A stretch of DNA of 36,993 nt from Sphaeroforma arctica JP610 (taxonomy: Eukaryota), in assembly GCF_001186125.1 (NCBI RefSeq), contig NW_014040055.1, forward strand, positions 1 through 36,993, read 5' to 3'. Every line of letters starts with the position of its first letter. Position 1 is the stretch's first letter. Of the stretch, positions 32,586 through 36,993 are shown piece by piece. Position numbers and translations under genes: made by a program. The notes beneath the pieces are model-generated. The model had not been told where the DNA came from. It was given only the letters and a program-made list of their open reading frames with translations, and did not search any database.

Positions 32586-33554
32586 TGACTTTTCGGCGTG
32601 TACGATGTGTAACTCCGTATCGATCTTGGATGGATTGGAAGTGCCCCGCCATTGTCATTATCAAGCTGGCTTGCTCTATCTTCTCTTGATCCATCGCTAG
32701 TGTAATAGCCGGGCCTCCACATTAGACTCTATGTTATTAACGTACTCTTAAGCAGTACGTAAACTATAAACGCACTCTTAATAGTACGATGAACTTAAGT
32801 TTCCTAAATGGGTTAGATATTTGGACAAGGCCATTAAAAAGGCCCCAGTAAAATACCAAACATAAGATTTGGTCTAGTTCTATTAATAGAACTAAATATA
32901 CTTTCCAAATCTATTTAAATCTGAATACTTCGGCAGCGAGATGGCTCAACCGAACATAGGTTTCTAAGGACTATTAGCGTTGCTTAGTTTATCCTCCGTT
33001 CAGCCAACCAGATGTGCCAGTCTGATGAAGGCTAAGTCGGTAATTCTTGATAAGTGGCAAGTTATTGGTTAATGCAATAACTATGGACATCAGGAGTATT
33101 TTTCTTTTTTCTATTCTTTTTTTTCTAAAGATAGGATTTTATGAGACTCTCGGATTCGCCCCAACGAAACATACCATAAATTCTATTAGAGCGACAACGA
33201 AAAGCTAAATAAGATCCCTTAGGCGAAAACAGTACTGCGAGGATTATATATAGACAATGTCTCAGCCTCACAATCTCTCAGAGTATTGCTGTTTTCACGA
33301 GGCATACCAACTTTACTAAAAGACTCATTTCGTTTATTTATTTCGAATTTAACTATACTTAGACTTAACCTAAGCGTTTAATTACTCTAAGGCGTTAATA
33401 TCGCCTTGATAGACCGAAACTTACATTTTTTTAAAGTTAGCAAAGGTATTAATTACTTAGACTACTTAAACGTAAAGGTATATAACTACCACAAAATTTT
33501 ACTTAAGCACAGTCATTCCTTAGAAGAATAAGACTGAAGTCATAAGTTAAAATT

Positions 33555-36500
33555 ATGACAAAGAAAGACAATACGCCGGCAAAGAAACGCAAGGCCGAAC
33601 GTAAAAAGATGGAAAGAGAAGCTGCTAGCGCTGCTGCCGATGCGTTTAACCCCACCGTAGCCGAAGCACTTGACTCCGACAATAATAGTCAGGACAATGC
33701 CTCAGATAAGGATGTAGCCACTCCGATTAAGGAAACTACTTCTACAGATAGAGCCCGAGGGCCAACTATTGCCTCAGCTTCGAAGCTGCATTTACGAAGC
33801 CAAGAAGTGAGACAAGGGACAAGTCTCAAGACGCCTCAACCAATTCTTCTGACGAAACTCAGAAAGAAAGGTCCCTAATTATAGGGGACAAAGACAAATC
33901 TCAGAAGGTACCTATACAGGAACCAGAAGAGGAGGCAAGCTCAAGTGGCAACCCCGAATCTACGTCCGAGACCAATGAACCAACGCGCATAAGTAGGTTA
34001 ATTACTGAAAACACTGATCTTAATAATCAGTTAGCCGCCCTTATGAAAGGCATGACTGTTGAACATGTAGATCGAATGTATAGATCAGGAAAACATACAC
34101 AGCACTTACGCGAGTATGTTTCTCCGGGCATTACTGAAGCCCTACAGAAGTGGACAGAACATCGACTGGCAATTACGCCCGAAAAGCGTAAAGGCCTGAG
34201 CGTTACACCTGTGGCAGATGAGCCAGATGTGCTCAGCGTATCTATACCTTACGAGGTACTACCACCACAACACCAGGCTAATTATTCGCCTGTTCAAATG
34301 CCCGGCCACGAGTCGCCCGTCCTTGATGGTATTATAGACCCAGAGGCTGGTAAAAATACTCCGCCACCTATACCCAACTGGGATGACAATCGTCGGAAAC
34401 CAGTTAAGACGGGGTATGTCATCCAGACGCATGAATCACCCAAGATTATAATACTAACTACTATTCAAGGAACAGAGCACCGAAAGGCCTCGACCATGGG
34501 CTTTACAAGGGGTAATTAACACTCCCGTAAACGTGTTAACGATGTCGAATTTAATCGCTTCGATCACACACCATTACACCAGCCTGCAGAGGATTTCCAC
34601 TCTGACGAGGTGACCGAACTTAACAAATCGGTCGACGATTACACCATTAAGATGGAAATCGCCCATGACAAGCACCGTGCTGATGACGTATCATATTTTG
34701 CTAATATGATCGCGATCAAGCAGAAGCGCGACCACCGGGATAAACAGAAATACAAGTGACAGATCAGTCGACTTAAGTCGAACTGGGATGCCAACAGCAA
34801 GCAGGTCTAGTATATAAACAACCATGACCTCGACACGCTAACCCGTACGCTTAATGCGTTTACGGTCATGCTGGAGACGAATGATATCTCTCCCCAGCAA
34901 TGGATTTCTGCTTTAATGCAATCGGTTGACCCTACAGGAACAAGTTACTTGATCCTGCAGCGACACCAGCATGCGCTAGACACTTGTTGTGATTGGCCAG
35001 CTGTGTGTTGGTTGGTTACGTCCTTATTAAGCAAGGACATGCGCAGTCCAGGACTGAGTTCAATCTTAACTGAACCAGTTGAGAATACTCCTATTCAGAG
35101 TTATATTCTGAAACTTGATGCTGACCTTAAACGTCCAGATATAACAAAGGACAAGGCGCAGCGATGATACGAGTTCCTGGTTAAGCATGTTTTTTTGTCA
35201 GAACATAGGGAACAACGACCGTGAAAGTCTGTACACCGAGTTGCGACGTAAATACGCGATTGAGGCTCGAGACAAGGGACATGAAACAAAGTATCATCTA
35301 TCTCGACTTACGCGGGAACAGTTTTATGATACTGTATCCACTCTTTTCCCCGCACACCGAATAACCTCGAAGGGAAAGGCGATAAATAAGAAACCGCGCG
35401 AGCTCCCTGATCAAGGATACCTCTCACGCCAGACGTCAGATGATAAACCTCATCAGACGCGTCCTAACCAGACACGTGCTCGCGACTCCACTCAATCAAC
35501 GCGACCCAATAAACGAACACGCGCGGAGGCGAAGAACAAGGAACCTCCATTTAAGGATATTAAGAAATGTGCCGACGCACAGTGTGGGTATGACATGTAC
35601 CAATTGACCCCTAACGGTTATTGGAATGGCAGACATGCACCCACCTGTACACACTTACTTACTAAGCGTGACAAGTGTGAGAAGACCAATGGTTATCACG
35701 CCAAGTCTTGTGACAAAAAGCCCGACATTAAGTTGGAGTGAAAGTACTACCAGGTACAATCGTTACAAAGGAAATACAACGACTCCTTAGATGAGCGCGT
35801 AATAATCCCTGTATATTGCAATGGAAATAAAGTCCTTGTATTGATTAATCCTGGTTCAGAAATTTCATGTATATCCGACCGCTTTGCACTATTGAAAGAC
35901 ATTGAAAGGCGAACTCAAACTACTCACCTAATCTTAGCAGATGACAAAACTTCTCAGTGTGATACCATGACCACAGATGTTAAAATCTCACTGGCCGATG
36001 ACAGAAATATCACTACCCAAGCTGTGATAGTTAAGATGCCACAGAAGTTCGACTTAATAGTCGGAATGAGTGATTTACTCACTCTAGGTATAACCGTAAC
36101 TGGTTTACCAAATAACATAGATCCATTAAAGGATCAATCAGACGATAACTGTCTGAAACCACATAAGCCCCCGTCAGACACAGTCACGGCATTAATACCT
36201 GACTTTGCGGACAAAATCATGGATCTGATTCTAGTAAATAAGAAGATAAAGATCACAGATTGGGCAAAATTCCGGTTTAACGACGGATATGTCAGCCTTG
36301 ACTTAACCAAGGTAGACTTTACTAAGCTCAAATGCCCTTCAAGAAACTATGTTTCTTGGAGACACGAAGCTGTAGCTAAAGAACAAGTTGAGAAATGGTT
36401 ATCCGATGGGGTAATCGAAATCAATTACCAACAAACGCCAGTTAACTTAGCAATATTGGCAGTTGATCAACACAATTCTGACGGAATATTTAAGAAAGGA

Positions 36501-36993
36501 GTAAGTCTAGATATGAGTCCAATAAATAAGTTATTGCCGACTCATAGTTTCCATCTCCCTCGTATAAACGAGTTACTGAGACGAATGGAAGGTGCTACGG
36601 TGTTTACATCCATAGACCTAACACAGGGGTATCATCAAATGCAAATTTATGAACCCCATCGTAAGTGCTTTAGTTTAACCTGGAAAGGTAAACAATACAG
36701 GTTTAGAGGTGCACCTTTCAGGTTGCACTCCTTACCAGCATTCTTCCAACAAGTAATGGAGGACATGTTTGCAGACATGTCTAACGTGTAAGTCTATATA
36801 AATGACATAGTCTTCTTTTCTAAGACTAAGGGCGAACATGCCGTATTAGTCAGGCGAGTCCTTCAGAGACTCAACGAACAAAACTTCAAGATTAACGAGA
36901 AGAAATGTCACTTCGCCATGAGCGAAATACAGCTCTTAGGCTACCGAATATGTGGGGAAGGTATTAAAATCGACCCCGGTAAGGTGGAACACC
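33555..36993 (+). mobile_element. Ty3/Gypsy element C (relative of family B): gag, protease and RT, running off the window, defective
   Basis: Broken gag 33555-35741 with CADAQC..WNGRHAPTC; LINPGSEISC; RT closely similar to B (KIKITDWAKF..LKCPSRNYV..FHLPRINELLRRMEGA..IDLTQGYHQ..VYIND..KKCHF..IDPGKVEH). Confidence 0.92.

Noticed and set aside
33015..33050. CTGATGA hammerhead-ribozyme-like cores (also at 31463 and 12621)
   Set aside because: No properly placed GAAA and closing stems were found by eye; a covariance-model search would be needed.
32590..33554. LTR or PBS for element C
   Set aside because: No second copy, TG..CA boundary or PBS could be identified within the window.

Overview
This is eukaryotic, transposon-saturated DNA with no recognisable host gene, and every element shows stops, frameshifts or truncation. 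Left to right: a spliced Mutator/MULE transposase relic with a Ulp1-like (C48) protease, a second inverted Ulp1 copy, and several Ty3/Gypsy scraps. Then comes a nested stack in which a complete Ty1/Copia element (12207-18791, 514/518-bp LTRs, TACCT target-site duplication) splits a LINE ORF2 in frame, and the LINE abuts the start of a Gypsy 3' LTR. The right half holds two divergent chromodomain-bearing Ty3/Gypsy families (here B, ~19.0-23.6 kb, and A, ~23.8-31.2 kb) plus the 5' half of a B relative (C, 33.5 kb to the end). The main finding is that families A and B both carry a DIRS/phage-Dam-like amino-methyltransferase domain (D-x-F-A ... NPPW ... P-x5-W-x-P) in frame between RNase H and a DDE integrase with a chromodomain; a third, decayed copy lies at ~9.7 kb. 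This domain is known from tyrosine-recombinase (DIRS) elements but is not part of the standard Gypsy pol. All calls come from motif recognition and manual alignment; no database search was run and the host cannot be identified.
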